From: an uncultured Gammaproteobacteria bacterium
GTDB lineage: Bacteria > Patescibacteriota > Patescibacteriia > UBA9570
Length of the DNA stretch: 64,000 nucleotides
Direction: 5' to 3'
Assembly: GCA_964385285.1 (NCBI GenBank)
Contig: CAYLOJ010000004.1
Location: 7,736-71,735, forward strand
Part shown: piece by piece, positions 1-10,346 of the stretch
Layout: every line of letters starts with the position of its first letter
Position numbering within the stretch: the first letter of the stretch is position 1
Position numbers and translations under genes: made by a program
The notes under the pieces: generated by a model
Databases searched by the model: none
Told to the model about the DNA's origin: nothing
Seen by the model: the letters and a program-made list of their open reading frames with translations, nothing else

Positions 1-964
1 GATTCAATAACGCATTGGCAATACCGATGTTGCCTTCACTATTTTCAAAATAAATAGGGTTAATTTTATGAGGCATGGCTGAGGAGCCCACTTCGCCAGC
101 CACATTATGTTGTACAAATAGACCCCGTGAAATATACATCCACATATCTTGATCTAAATCACGGACAATACTATTCACGGTGGCTAGTGCCTGATAGGTT
201 TCAACTAAGCGATCATGGGATTCGATTTGTGTCGTTGCCGGATTAAATTCTAATCCTAACTTTTGCACAAATTGTTTACTAAAGGCTAACCATTTCACTT
301 TAGGATATGCCACCTGCAGTGCTGCCCAATTACCGGTGGCGCCACCAAACTTGCCTAACAATTTAATATGGCGTAAACGATCATATTGTCGCTGCAAACG
401 TAATGTATACACCATCAATTCTTTCCCTACCGTTGTTGGAGTAGCTGGCTGACCATGCGTTAAACTAAGTAAAGCTAACGTAGCATAGCGACGTGAACGC
501 TGTTTCAGTTGGGCAATAAGTTCCTTCAGTTTTGGCAGATAAACTTGTTGCAAACTATCGCGCACCATCAAACTATAGGCAAGATTATTGATATCTTCAC
601 TGGTTAAGCCAAAATGCACAAACTCCAGCTGTTTACGTAAGGACGTGTGCTGGAGTTTATGTTTGATATAGTATTCAACTGCTTTCACATCGTGCTTGGT
701 CTCAGCCTCGATGGTTTTAATTTGGGCTGCATTTTGTTCTGTAAAGTCGGTATACAATGCAGCCAACAATTTTTGCTCTGCAGCAGAAAATTTCCGCACC
801 TCTTTGAGTGCGGCTGTTTGGCTAAGCGCGATTAAATATTGGACCTCCACTAAAATGCGGTAGCGCATCAACGCCGCCTCGGAAAAAAACGGACTGAGAT
901 TTTCCAGGTCAAGCTGGTAACGTCCGTCTACTGGGGAAATGGCAAAAAGCGCTGGATGGTTCAT
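1..964 (-). CDS. purB: Adenylosuccinate lyase, partial; the C-terminus lies beyond the window start
   Basis: Manual translation of the minus strand from the ATG at 962-964 gives MNHPALFAISPVDGRYQ...TSEDINN...SAMPHKINP, which are adenylosuccinate lyase signature motifs. It reads open to position 1. Confidence 0.8.
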   Translation of the reverse strand, partial: MNHPALFAISPVDGRYQLDLENLSPFFSEAALMRYRILVEVQYLIALSQTAALKEVRKFSAAEQKLLAALYTDFTEQNAAQIKTIEAETKHDVKAVEYYIKHKLQHTSLRKQLEFVHFGLTSEDINNLAYSLMVRDSLQQVYLPKLKELIAQLKQRSRRYATLALLSLTHGQPATPTTVGKELMVYTLRLQRQYDRLRHIKLLGKFGGATGNWAALQVAYPKVKWLAFSKQFVQKLGLEFNPATTQIESHDRLVETYQALATVNSIVRDLDQDMWMYISRGLFVQHNVAGEVGSSAMPHKINPIYFENSEGNIGIANALLN

Positions 965-982
965 CGCCAACAGTATAGCACT

Positions 983-1198
983 TTACCAGTACTTTTTCAA
1001 GCGCTGCAGTTCGACCTCAATTTGTCGTAACCGCCCCTGTAAACGACCAAGATCATCCTCGGCCTCTCGGGCTGCAACGGGTTGGTTTAAACCACGAAAA
1101 CGTTCCAGCTCATGCTTGGCCTTAGTGATTTCTGACTTCACCGCATCATAGCGACCGGTCAGCTCTTGTACCTTCCGTTTAGCGTCTTCAGGCTGCAT
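983..1198 (-). CDS. Small coiled-coil protein (71 aa). It may instead be the frameshifted C-terminal continuation of the upstream 256-aa ORF.
   Basis: ORF track. It overlaps the 1188..1958 ORF by 11 nt in a different frame, and its charged heptad-like sequence is consistent with a coiled coil. Confidence 0.3.
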   Translation of the reverse strand: MQPEDAKRKVQELTGRYDAVKSEITKAKHELERFRGLNQPVAAREAEDDLGRLQGRLRQIEVELQRLKKYW

Positions 1199-1958
1199 CT
1201 TTTTGTGCCGCGGCTTCTAAGCGGATTTTCAACTCACGATAATGAGCGCGTTGGCGCTTCCCTAAATTATTCCATCCTTTGCGACGATAGGCTGCAAAAA
1301 TAACTTCATCAGCCGCCGGAGCTGGCCGCTCGCGCTTAGCATTATCTGCAGTACGAACAGGCAAGTTAACCACTGGCTCTGGTTCGTCGGCAGGAGCTGG
1401 CTCATCTTTAATACGTAAAGCCATAATCGGTTCCAACAATGCCTTTTGGCGCAATAATTCAGCTGGTGTATCTTTAGGATGATCAGCGAAGATCATCAGA
1501 TTCTGTTGCAACGTAGCCCATGCCGCATCAACACCCGCTTGCAAACTAGCTGGAGCATCACTTAAATCCATCTCATACTGCTGTTGATTGTAGTTAGGGT
1601 CAGTACTCTGAGTGATTTCAATTTTACCTGTCGGAATAGTAGATCGACTTAATTCACCGCGCAGCTCGGCATTACGTAGTTTTTTGCCACCATGTGCGGG
1701 GTCAAAATCCAGACCAACAAGATCGACTTGGGGCTTTAATAGCACAGCCTCTTGTGCGCTATCGCCAAACGGATTAGCAGCCGTGTGCTGACCACGCTCA
1801 GTCTCGGTCGGCGAAAAATGTACGCCGCCTGCTTCCATAATTCTGCGATCTAATTCATGACGCGCCTGTTCAGGGGTGCGTCGTTCAATAGTGCCAATTC
1901 TGATGCCGCCTGGTCTGGGTTCTCCCATATATGCATGGTGAAAAATAAAAGAATACAA
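1188..1958 (-). CDS. Hypothetical protein (conserved-looking, function not recognised). The start may instead be the internal Met at 1928.
   Basis: 256-aa ORF with somewhat higher GC than its neighbours. No motif recognised. Confidence 0.45.
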   Translation of the reverse strand: MYSFIFHHAYMGEPRPGGIRIGTIERRTPEQARHELDRRIMEAGGVHFSPTETERGQHTAANPFGDSAQEAVLLKPQVDLVGLDFDPAHGGKKLRNAELRGELSRSTIPTGKIEITQSTDPNYNQQQYEMDLSDAPASLQAGVDAAWATLQQNLMIFADHPKDTPAELLRQKALLEPIMALRIKDEPAPADEPEPVVNLPVRTADNAKRERPAPAADEVIFAAYRRKGWNNLGKRQRAHYRELKIRLEAAAQKDAA

Positions 1959-1992
1959 GTAGTTTACCTGAAAAAAGGCCTAAAGTCAAGAT

Positions 1993-2949
1993 TTATTGTA
2001 TGGACTGAGCAATACGCTCAACTGTGGAAACGTTGCTTGCCGGATAAACAAACTCCTGGCCAGTGATCATTTCGTACAGTTGGATATAGCGTGCGGAGAG
2101 TTCTATAACTAATTCTTTGGGAGCATCCGGTAGGGTTTTATCGTTATAGGGATCGCAGTGTTCAATGAACCAGAGACGTAAAAATTCTTTATCAATATTT
2201 TCGGGTTCTTGGCCAGCAGCAAACCGCTCAGCATAGCTATTGGCTAACCAGTAACGGGAAGAATCCGGCGTGTGGACTTCGTCGATCAAAATAATGGTGC
2301 CATCCGGCAATTTGCCAAATTCATACTTAGTGTCAACCAAAATCAAACCATGCTCTTTAGCAAGCATTTGTCCTCGTTTAAAAATTTGCAAAGTAGCCTG
2401 CGCGCAGTAATCCCAATCTGCTTGCGTCATTAAACCGCGTGCAACAATTTCCCGCGGTGAAATCTTCTCGTCATGCACATCACTTTTCGTTGTTGGAGTG
2501 ATGATAGGCTGAGGGAAAGCCTGGTTTTTGACCATACCCTCTGGTAAATGATTCCCACAAAACTCGCGTTCACCTTTTGCGTAAGCAGTCCACACTGCTG
2601 TGCTGGTAACTCCGGTTAAAAATCCACGCACCACAAACTCTACTGGAAACACGGTACATTTTTTTCCAATCATGACGTTAGGATCAGGCACACTGAGCAC
2701 ATGATTCGCAATAATATCTTGTGTGTGTTCAAACCAATACTGTGAAACTTGGTTGAGCACCTGGCCCTTAAATGGGATGGCCGCCAGTACACGATCAAAG
2801 GCAGATTGACGATCAGTCGTAATTAATAACAACCGATCACCCAGATCATAGGTATCGCGCACTTTACCTTGATACTTTTTTCCTAAATTGAAATTTGTCT
2901 CGGTTAGACAGTGGTCGAATTGAGCAGCAATTTTTTCACGATCAATCAT
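1993..2949 (-). CDS. purC: Phosphoribosylaminoimidazole-succinocarboxamide (SAICAR) synthase, long ADE1-like form
   Basis: GKVRDTYDLGDRLLLITTDRQSAFDRV matches the SAICAR synthetase N-terminal signature. The start is chosen at MIDREK (2949) to avoid overlap with purQ; the ORF is open to 2967. Confidence 0.85.
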   Translation of the reverse strand: MIDREKIAAQFDHCLTETNFNLGKKYQGKVRDTYDLGDRLLLITTDRQSAFDRVLAAIPFKGQVLNQVSQYWFEHTQDIIANHVLSVPDPNVMIGKKCTVFPVEFVVRGFLTGVTSTAVWTAYAKGEREFCGNHLPEGMVKNQAFPQPIITPTTKSDVHDEKISPREIVARGLMTQADWDYCAQATLQIFKRGQMLAKEHGLILVDTKYEFGKLPDGTIILIDEVHTPDSSRYWLANSYAERFAAGQEPENIDKEFLRLWFIEHCDPYNDKTLPDAPKELVIELSARYIQLYEMITGQEFVYPASNVSTVERIAQSIQ

Positions 2950-2959
2950 ACGAGCATCT

Positions 2960-4240
2960 TCACACAATCAATTTACAATCCTGAGAAAATGGATTGAATA
3001 AAATATGGGTATTCAAAATTTCGGTAGCTAATGCTGTGCGTTTCGCAGCATCATCACTATCGAAGGTCAGTTCCCATACTACACCTTTACTGAGGTTGGC
3101 AACCGACTTCAAGCCGAACCGTGTATGTAAGGTATTGGCAACCGCTTTACCCTCGAAATCATCTGAAAACCGGACGAGGAATGATAAAGTGTTTGGATTT
3201 TGGGTTGGTGTTTGGCTATAACTTTCTTTACTCGTATTCAGTAATTCCCCACTCTCAATTAGCGTTGGTAAAATTTCTTGCGTATCTTTAATGGAATCAT
3301 CATACCAAATCTCCCAATGTGTTTTCCGTGTGACTTTTACAGGAAACCCTTTTTGTTGCAAGGCTAATTCAACGGTTTTAGCAGCATTATCTGTAATTTT
3401 TAGATCGACGAAAAGCTGTAAACAATTACCAGATGTCTGATACGATTCGATCACAACTGGTTCGGGCTTCCATTGAATTTTATAATCGTGGGTAGGAGGA
3501 TGTTCTAACCAAGTGCGCAAATTATTGAATAACGATTCCCCGTTGCGTTCTAATCGCTCCGGATGTGGCATGTAGGCCACCACGTTACCAGCCGGATTGC
3601 AGAATCCAGCAATGCCCCAGATTGCGCCATTCGGTGTAGTCGGAAACTCATTAATCTCCTCACCTGTCTCGGTACAATATTTGAAAATGATTTGACCGTT
3701 CTTTTCCAGTTCAACCAGTAAGTCGGTTGGGAAAATAAATCGGCCTTCTCCATTCGCAACAGTCGCTGGCACTACTGCGCCGGCTGCTAAATCCATCGTT
3801 ACGCAACTACGACCAGTCGGTGCAGTATTCTTAATATAAATCGTGTCGTGATAAAAACCCGTACCGATAATTTGCCCGCCCTTCACCCGGGTATTCATGG
3901 CGACGGCACCCGCTAAGACATCCGCATCTAAACCAGGAATCAAGCCAGTTTCCACTAAGACCTGACAACCATTACAAATACCAATGACGGGTTTGCCCGC
4001 AGCAGCCTCCTTTTTAATGTATTCCATGATGGGATCCAAAGCCGCAATAATGCCAGCTCGACTACGATCTTCGTAAGCAAAGCCACCGGGCAATAGATAC
4101 GCATCGTAGTGGCCTTGTTCCAATTTCTCACGTTCATTCCAACGAACATATTCTGGCTCTAACCCAGCATTTACTAAAGAGCGATAGGTCTCGCCTTCAC
4201 AATTTGTGCCTGGAAAAATAACAACGGCTACGCGAAACAT
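2960..4240 (-). CDS. purQ: FGAM synthase glutamine amidotransferase subunit PurQ fused C-terminally to two tandem PurS-like domains
   Basis: The N-terminal MFRVAVVIFPGTNCE...GICNGCQVL...HPERL matches the PurQ class I GATase. The C-terminal ~170 aa contain two ~75-aa repeats resembling PurS (KITDNAAKTVELALQQKGF...; FEGKAVANTLHTRFGL...). Confidence 0.8.
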   Translation of the reverse strand: MFRVAVVIFPGTNCEGETYRSLVNAGLEPEYVRWNEREKLEQGHYDAYLLPGGFAYEDRSRAGIIAALDPIMEYIKKEAAAGKPVIGICNGCQVLVETGLIPGLDADVLAGAVAMNTRVKGGQIIGTGFYHDTIYIKNTAPTGRSCVTMDLAAGAVVPATVANGEGRFIFPTDLLVELEKNGQIIFKYCTETGEEINEFPTTPNGAIWGIAGFCNPAGNVVAYMPHPERLERNGESLFNNLRTWLEHPPTHDYKIQWKPEPVVIESYQTSGNCLQLFVDLKITDNAAKTVELALQQKGFPVKVTRKTHWEIWYDDSIKDTQEILPTLIESGELLNTSKESYSQTPTQNPNTLSFLVRFSDDFEGKAVANTLHTRFGLKSVANLSKGVVWELTFDSDDAAKRTALATEILNTHILFNPFSQDCKLIV

Positions 4241-5265
4241 ACCTCTTTTTTACCTGCCACTACTTCACCGATTAAATATGTTTTCAGGTCTGCATGCTGC
4301 TGTAATTCAGCAAACACTGCGTCGCGTTGCGCTGCCGGCACGACAACTACCATACCAATTCCCATATTCATTGCGGTATACATATCTTCTTCTGGCACTT
4401 CACCAAACTGCTGAATAGCTTCAAAAATCGGTAGAATCTCCCAACTGCCTTTTTTAATTTGTGCGCAACAACCTTCTGGCAAGATCCGTGGAATATTTTT
4501 CACTAAGCCGCCACCGGTAATGTGCGCTAACCCACGCACATCGTATTTAGCCAAAATTGGTAGTAGATACTTGGTGTAGTTTTTATGTGGCTTCATCAAC
4601 ATGGCACCAATGGATTGTGGCAATTCTGCAACCACATCACGGACACTGAATTTTTTGATATCAAAGAATACTTTACGTGCCAAGGAATAACCATTGGTAT
4701 GTAGCCCCTCAGAGCCTAAACCAATCAACGCATCACCGACTTGAATTTTAGAACCATCAATCATCTTGGATTTTTCTACAACCCCCAGTACAGCTCCGGC
4801 TACATCCCATTCACCTTCTTGATACGTGCCTGGCATTTCGGCGGTTTCCCCACCCACCAACGACATTCCATATTGAGCACATTCTTCAGCCATGCCGCGC
4901 ACTAACTCCGCCAAGATTTCTGGTTCTAGCTTTGCAGTGGCAACGTAATCGAGTAAGGTAAGTGGCTTAGCACCCTGACACAACACGTCATTGCAACTAT
5001 GTGCAACAATATCATGTCCGGCCTGCGCATACATATTCATCATTCCTGCGACCGCCATTTTAGTACCAACACCATCAATGCTTTGCACTAAGACCGGTTC
5101 TTTATACTCCTTGGCTAGATCGGTGATTTCATACAAAGAGCCAAACAAACCTAAGCCCGTTAACACGCGGTGATTGAATGTTTGTTTGACGATCGGAATA
5201 ATTTTGCGAATGGCGTCATCGCCGACCTCGACATTGACTCCGGATTCTTTGTAGGTGATAGCCAT
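4228..5265 (-). CDS. purM: Phosphoribosylformylglycinamidine cyclo-ligase (AIR synthetase)
   Basis: SIDGVGTKMAVA and GGETAEMPG motifs. 345 aa. Confidence 0.9.
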   Translation of the reverse strand: MAITYKESGVNVEVGDDAIRKIIPIVKQTFNHRVLTGLGLFGSLYEITDLAKEYKEPVLVQSIDGVGTKMAVAGMMNMYAQAGHDIVAHSCNDVLCQGAKPLTLLDYVATAKLEPEILAELVRGMAEECAQYGMSLVGGETAEMPGTYQEGEWDVAGAVLGVVEKSKMIDGSKIQVGDALIGLGSEGLHTNGYSLARKVFFDIKKFSVRDVVAELPQSIGAMLMKPHKNYTKYLLPILAKYDVRGLAHITGGGLVKNIPRILPEGCCAQIKKGSWEILPIFEAIQQFGEVPEEDMYTAMNMGIGMVVVVPAAQRDAVFAELQQHADLKTYLIGEVVAGKKEVCFA

Positions 5266-5268
5266 AGT

Positions 5269-6501
5269 TTAAGCGCTTAATTGTTTGGATAGTTTGGTTA
5301 AATGTTGTCGATAGGTTTTGAGATTGATTTTTTTTCTGGCTACTCCAGATTCTAACGCTGCTCGCGCGACTGCCACAGAGACTTCGACTAACGCCCGAGG
5401 ATCAAAGGGCTTCGGTACAATATATTCGGCCCCGAAACGTAGGCTGTTCAAGTGATATGCGCGCTTCACACTCACCGGCACTGGAGCATGCGCTAATTTT
5501 GCTAAGGCCAGTGTAGCGGCTAATTTCATCTCTTCCGTTACCTGACGTGCTTGGGTATCTAAAGCTCCACGGAAGACGAATGGGAAGCCTAAGACGTTAT
5601 TAATCTGGTTCGGAAAATCGCTCCGACCAGTCGCCAGTAGTATATCACGGCGGGCACGTTTGGCGAGAGGATAAGCGATCTCAGGATCTGGGTTTGCCAT
5701 CGCAAAGACAATCGGCTGATTAGCCATCGTTTTTAGCATCTCTGGAGTAACAATATTCGGAGCAGAAACACCAACAAACACATCTGCATTAACCAACGCA
5801 TCGGCTAAATCACCTGATTTTGGCTGAACAAACTGCTGTTTTAAGGGATCCATGCTGCCACGGTCACGGGATACGATCCCCCGAGAATCACACAACGTAA
5901 TATTTTTTTTATCGGCTCCTAAACGCACATAGTGTTCAGCACACCGGATGCCAGCCGCCCCCGCCCCAGACAGAACAATCTTTACTTGATGGATTTTTTT
6001 TCCGACCACTTCCAAGGCATTTAATAAGGCAGCTCCAGAGATAATCGCCGTACCATGTTGATCATCATGGAAAACGGGAATGGATAAACGTTTTTGCAAT
6101 TCTGACTCAATATAGAAACAAGCGGGAGCAGCAATATCTTCTAAATTGATACCACCAAAGGTGGGTTCTAACTTCTCAATAATATTGATTAGTTTGTCTG
6201 GATCAGTTTCGGCAATTTCCAAATCAAACGCATCGACACCGGCAAAGCGTTTAAATAAAGCGGCCTTCCCTTCCATCACTGGTTTGCCAGCTAACGCGCC
6301 GATATTGCCCAAGCCCAATACTGCCGTTCCATTGGTCACTACGGCTACTAAGTTAGACTTGTTGGTTAAGCGGTATGCCGCCTGAGGATCCTTAGCAATT
6401 TGTCTGGATGGCTTTGCCACACCTGGTGTATATAAAATAGATAAATCTTTCTGATTGCGTAGAGGTGTTGGTAAAGCCGTGACGATCCGTTTAGTAATCA
6501 T
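5269..6501 (-). CDS. NAD(P)-dependent malic enzyme (short form, no PTA domain)
   Basis: ILYTPGVA and [28 protein letters not shown] are malic enzyme signatures. 410 aa. Confidence 0.8.
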   Translation of the reverse strand: MITKRIVTALPTPLRNQKDLSILYTPGVAKPSRQIAKDPQAAYRLTNKSNLVAVVTNGTAVLGLGNIGALAGKPVMEGKAALFKRFAGVDAFDLEIAETDPDKLINIIEKLEPTFGGINLEDIAAPACFYIESELQKRLSIPVFHDDQHGTAIISGAALLNALEVVGKKIHQVKIVLSGAGAAGIRCAEHYVRLGADKKNITLCDSRGIVSRDRGSMDPLKQQFVQPKSGDLADALVNADVFVGVSAPNIVTPEMLKTMANQPIVFAMANPDPEIAYPLAKRARRDILLATGRSDFPNQINNVLGFPFVFRGALDTQARQVTEEMKLAATLALAKLAHAPVPVSVKRAYHLNSLRFGAEYIVPKPFDPRALVEVSVAVARAALESGVARKKINLKTYRQHLTKLSKQLSA

Positions 6502-6509
6502 AGAACTTA

Positions 6510-7082
6510 TTAGTAGGTATCATCGAATTTAGCCCGATTAGCTCTGGAAGTTTTTTCGACTTCAGCAAAGAGACTTTTGCCTTTACTATCCATCATGCAA
6601 AAGACTGGAAAATTTTTGACTTCTAGTTCCCAGATGGCATCGGTCATGCCAAATTCGGTTTTATATACATTTACAACTTTAGTAATACAGTGAGCATAGT
6701 ACACCGCGGCTCCACCAATGGCTGCACAATAGATACCAATTCCTTTTAGGGCCTGACGTACACCTTCATCCATACCACCTTTTCCCATGATGGCGCGGAT
6801 ATTATATTTTTCAATCAGCTCTGGCGTAAAATGATTGAAGCGTGCACTCGTCGTGGGACCAGCAGCTAAAATTTTAATGGCGCCATCTGGAGCGGTCTCG
6901 TACATTGGACCACAATGGTACAACACTGCATGACGCATCGGTTTAAAATTGTTTTTTAATAACCAACGATGCGCTTTATCACGCGCGGTCATTACGCGCC
7001 CCGAAAAATACACCTCATCACCAGCACGCACCTTCTTGATGATGGCCTCGGTTGGTGGAGTAGTGAGATGTAAGATAGCCAT
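6510..7082 (-). CDS. Class I fumarate hydratase, beta (C-terminal domain) subunit
   Basis: The [23 protein letters not shown] and MGKGGM motifs are typical of the FumB/TtdB C-terminal domain. The start is chosen at the internal Met (MAILHL). Confidence 0.7.
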   Translation of the reverse strand: MAILHLTTPPTEAIIKKVRAGDEVYFSGRVMTARDKAHRWLLKNNFKPMRHAVLYHCGPMYETAPDGAIKILAAGPTTSARFNHFTPELIEKYNIRAIMGKGGMDEGVRQALKGIGIYCAAIGGAAVYYAHCITKVVNVYKTEFGMTDAIWELEVKNFPVFCMMDSKGKSLFAEVEKTSRANRAKFDDTY

Positions 7083-7096
7083 ATAGTAACAACCGA

Positions 7097-7978
7097 CTAT
7101 GGTAATAATAAAGTTGCACGACGCATACTCCAACAGCCAATCGACACCCCCACAAACCAAGAGGCGGGGTGCACATAGCGCGTCGTTAATTTCACGGCCA
7201 ACGCAGTTGTCTTTCCACCTACTCCCATCGGTCCGATATCGAGCGCATTAATTTTTTTCAATAAACGTTTTTCAATGGTCGCTAATTTAGGAATGGGATT
7301 ATGTCCGGTAATCGGTTGCAGATGACGATTTTTGGCACGATAACTTGATTCTTCCATATTGCCACAAACTGCTGCGCCAATAATATACGGTGGGCAACCA
7401 CGGCCTTGGGCTTTAATCACAGCGTCTACAATACATTTCTCAATTCCTTCTAAGTCTCGTTCTGCACCAATCGAACGATCTGGCAATTGATATTGACGTG
7501 AAACATTTTCAGAACCGCCGCCTTTTAATAGAAGTTGGATCTGGGACTGATCCTCAGTTTCCTTAAAATAGATAATGGGATAATTTCCAATCACCTTCCC
7601 TTGAATCACATCAAAAGCATTGGCGCGGAGCGGCACCTCCTTGGTCGCAATCGCGGTAGCCTCTTTGATGATTTTCTTTAAATCTAATTGCGTGTATTTT
7701 CCACTTTGATATTTTACATACAACAAAGGAATACCTGTATCTTGGCATAAGGGACGCGTCTCCGTTTCAGCCATTTCAATATTGGTCAGCATGGTTTTCA
7801 GGACATGCTTAGCGCGAGCGTTGGTTTCTTTGCGCAAACCAGATTTCAATCCGTCTACAACATCTTTAGGAAGATGAGTGACAGCCACGCGATACATCTC
7901 AACAATAGCAGCAATGAGTTCACGCCGCGATGGCTTGTTTCCAGCCAGCGTTAGAATATTTCCGTTGGTAGTAAGCAT
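7097..7978 (-). CDS. Class I fumarate hydratase, alpha (N-terminal domain) subunit
   Basis: CQDTGIPLLYVKYQ is the Fe-S hydro-lyase (FumA/TtdA) signature. The arrangement is two-subunit, archaeal-type. Confidence 0.75.
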   Translation of the reverse strand: MLTTNGNILTLAGNKPSRRELIAAIVEMYRVAVTHLPKDVVDGLKSGLRKETNARAKHVLKTMLTNIEMAETETRPLCQDTGIPLLYVKYQSGKYTQLDLKKIIKEATAIATKEVPLRANAFDVIQGKVIGNYPIIYFKETEDQSQIQLLLKGGGSENVSRQYQLPDRSIGAERDLEGIEKCIVDAVIKAQGRGCPPYIIGAAVCGNMEESSYRAKNRHLQPITGHNPIPKLATIEKRLLKKINALDIGPMGVGGKTTALAVKLTTRYVHPASWFVGVSIGCWSMRRATLLLP

Positions 7979-7980
7979 AG

Positions 7981-10326
7981 TTACAATTTACTGCGCAGTC
8001 CGTTCAGCCAAGCTGCAGCTAAAGCGCCAACCGTGTGTGTGATCACCTCTGTTTTGCCATCCATGATAATGAAATGTTCATCATCACGTACTTTACCAAT
8101 CACGCTCACGGGGACCCCTAAATCGGCAGCGTGACGTTGTACGGCTGGCAACAATTGCGGATCAACCTCAAATAAAAACCCTCCGGTTTCGGTAAATAAT
8201 TTTTGTGTTGCTGTTAGATTCTGTCCAGGAACATCAGCCAAATCGACGCTGATCCCCGTACGTAAATCACCTCGGCCTCCGAAACACATCTCTGCGAGGG
8301 CAGACAGCATACCACCGTCACTAATGTCGTGGCAAGTCTGGATTAATCCTTGTTCGATTAGATTTGTAATGAGAATGATTTCTTGTTCAACCGCCTTATA
8401 ATCGGGCTGCGGAACGTTTGCTCCATACTCATTAAATAGATCATAGAGTACTGAGCCACCTAATTCATTCTTGCGTTCACCAATCAAACACAATACATTC
8501 CCGGGCTGGATCAGATCTGGAGTAATCGCAGTTGTCACATCGGCCAAGCGACCAAAGCATCCCACAATGGCAGATGGATTAATGGCTTGATCTTTAAATT
8601 GGTTGTATAAGGAGACATTACCTGAAACAATTGGAATCGGAGCCTGATCATATCCCTTCACATGCAAGGCTTTGGCCGCTTCCGCTACGCCCCGTACTCC
8701 TTCGGTAAATTCCCACATCTGCTCTGGTTTTTCTGGGTTACCATAGTTCAGACAATCTGTTAAACACCAAGGAGTAGCACCGACTGCTGCAACATTACGC
8801 ATACTCTCTACAACCGCATTCGCGCCTTGCCAATATGGAGAAATTTTGCCGTAACGTGGATTACCATCAACACTTAATGCTACGCCAATTTTAGAACCCT
8901 CCTCAATCAATGGAGCGATCACACCTGCATCAGCCATGCCTGCTTCAATTTCTACTAACCCTTGCACATTTTTATCGTAATGCTCATACACTGGTTTCTT
9001 ACACGCAACCGCTGGATGGGATAGGACTTTCAAAACTACCTCTTCAATATTTGTAACTTCGGTCCAGGCAGGCTCTTTACCATGATACTTTTTTTCTTTG
9101 ACTTCGCGCTCATACCGTAATCCAGCTGTCACTGCTTCAGGGGCAGCATCTAATATTTTCTCTCCTTTATAATAAACGGTGTAATTGCCTTTTTGCACGG
9201 TTCCGACTACAGAGGCTCGGGCACCAAATGAGACGTTCGGGAAATCCCAAGTTTCGTTATAATGTTTCACAATCACTTCAGTAGCTTTTGGAGAGGCGAT
9301 CCACATAAACCGCTCTTGAGTTTCTGCCATTAGAATAACCGCTGGTGATAACCCTTCCATCCCGACATGCACTCGCTCCAAATCAATCTTCGCGCCATAG
9401 CCACCGGCTTCAGCTAATTCTACAGAAGCACATAAAATACCACCGGCTCCAAGATCTTTGAATCCGACTTCGGACATTAAATTTTGTTCTTTTAAAATCC
9501 GGAAGAGATCATAAGTGGCCATTAAAATATGACGCTCTAAGAAGGCGTTAGGTTCTTGCACTGCGCCTTTATTAGCTTCACGATTATCTTCGTTTAATTC
9601 AATTGAGGAAAACGATGCTCCACCAAAACCACTATGATCTGTCGGCTTTCCAATTAAGATGAAGTTGTATCCTTCGGCATTTTCTGGAGCGCGAGAATGG
9701 ATAATATCTTTCATCGGCACAGTGCCCATGACTACAACATTCACTAAACAATTAGTGTTGAAAGATTCGTTAAAAAAAGTATCCCCTGCTAAATTTGGAA
9801 TACCTAATGGATTACCATAACCACCGATACCTGAGATTACATTGTTTGCGATCCACTTAGTCTTGTTTAAATTCAGATCACCAAAGCGCAAGGGATCAGC
9901 CGTGGCCACAACCTTAGCACCCATGCAGACAATATCACGCACTAAGCCGCCAATACCGGTAGCAGCACCTTCGTACGGAACCACTTGCGAAGGATGATTA
10001 TGTGATTCATGGCCGACAACAATACAATAATCCGTATCTCCTACCCGATCGATCCAAACCGCGCCAGCATCTTCACCTGGGCCAACCACGACGTGTGGCC
10101 CTTGAGTGTAAAATTGCGACAAATATTTTCGACTAGAACGATATGAAGTATGTTCACTACCTTCGATACCAAAGGCGATTAACTCCGTGAGTGTCGGTGG
10201 ACGCTTCAAAATTTCAACCTGAACCTTGCGGGCTTCTGCCACGGTTAAATCTACGCGATATTTTGTTAATAACGCCTGTAGATCGTGATCAGATAGTGGG
10301 GCGAGATCAAAGATGGGTTCAGTCAT
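7981..10326 (-). CDS. purL: Phosphoribosylformylglycinamidine synthase subunit PurL
   Basis: 781 aa, VVGHESHNHPS motif, two AIRS-like repeats. Confidence 0.9.
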   Translation of the reverse strand: MTEPIFDLAPLSDHDLQALLTKYRVDLTVAEARKVQVEILKRPPTLTELIAFGIEGSEHTSYRSSRKYLSQFYTQGPHVVVGPGEDAGAVWIDRVGDTDYCIVVGHESHNHPSQVVPYEGAATGIGGLVRDIVCMGAKVVATADPLRFGDLNLNKTKWIANNVISGIGGYGNPLGIPNLAGDTFFNESFNTNCLVNVVVMGTVPMKDIIHSRAPENAEGYNFILIGKPTDHSGFGGASFSSIELNEDNREANKGAVQEPNAFLERHILMATYDLFRILKEQNLMSEVGFKDLGAGGILCASVELAEAGGYGAKIDLERVHVGMEGLSPAVILMAETQERFMWIASPKATEVIVKHYNETWDFPNVSFGARASVVGTVQKGNYTVYYKGEKILDAAPEAVTAGLRYEREVKEKKYHGKEPAWTEVTNIEEVVLKVLSHPAVACKKPVYEHYDKNVQGLVEIEAGMADAGVIAPLIEEGSKIGVALSVDGNPRYGKISPYWQGANAVVESMRNVAAVGATPWCLTDCLNYGNPEKPEQMWEFTEGVRGVAEAAKALHVKGYDQAPIPIVSGNVSLYNQFKDQAINPSAIVGCFGRLADVTTAITPDLIQPGNVLCLIGERKNELGGSVLYDLFNEYGANVPQPDYKAVEQEIILITNLIEQGLIQTCHDISDGGMLSALAEMCFGGRGDLRTGISVDLADVPGQNLTATQKLFTETGGFLFEVDPQLLPAVQRHAADLGVPVSVIGKVRDDEHFIIMDGKTEVITHTVGALAAAWLNGLRSKL

Positions 10327-10346
10327 GGTAACTAATGGGTACCAAA

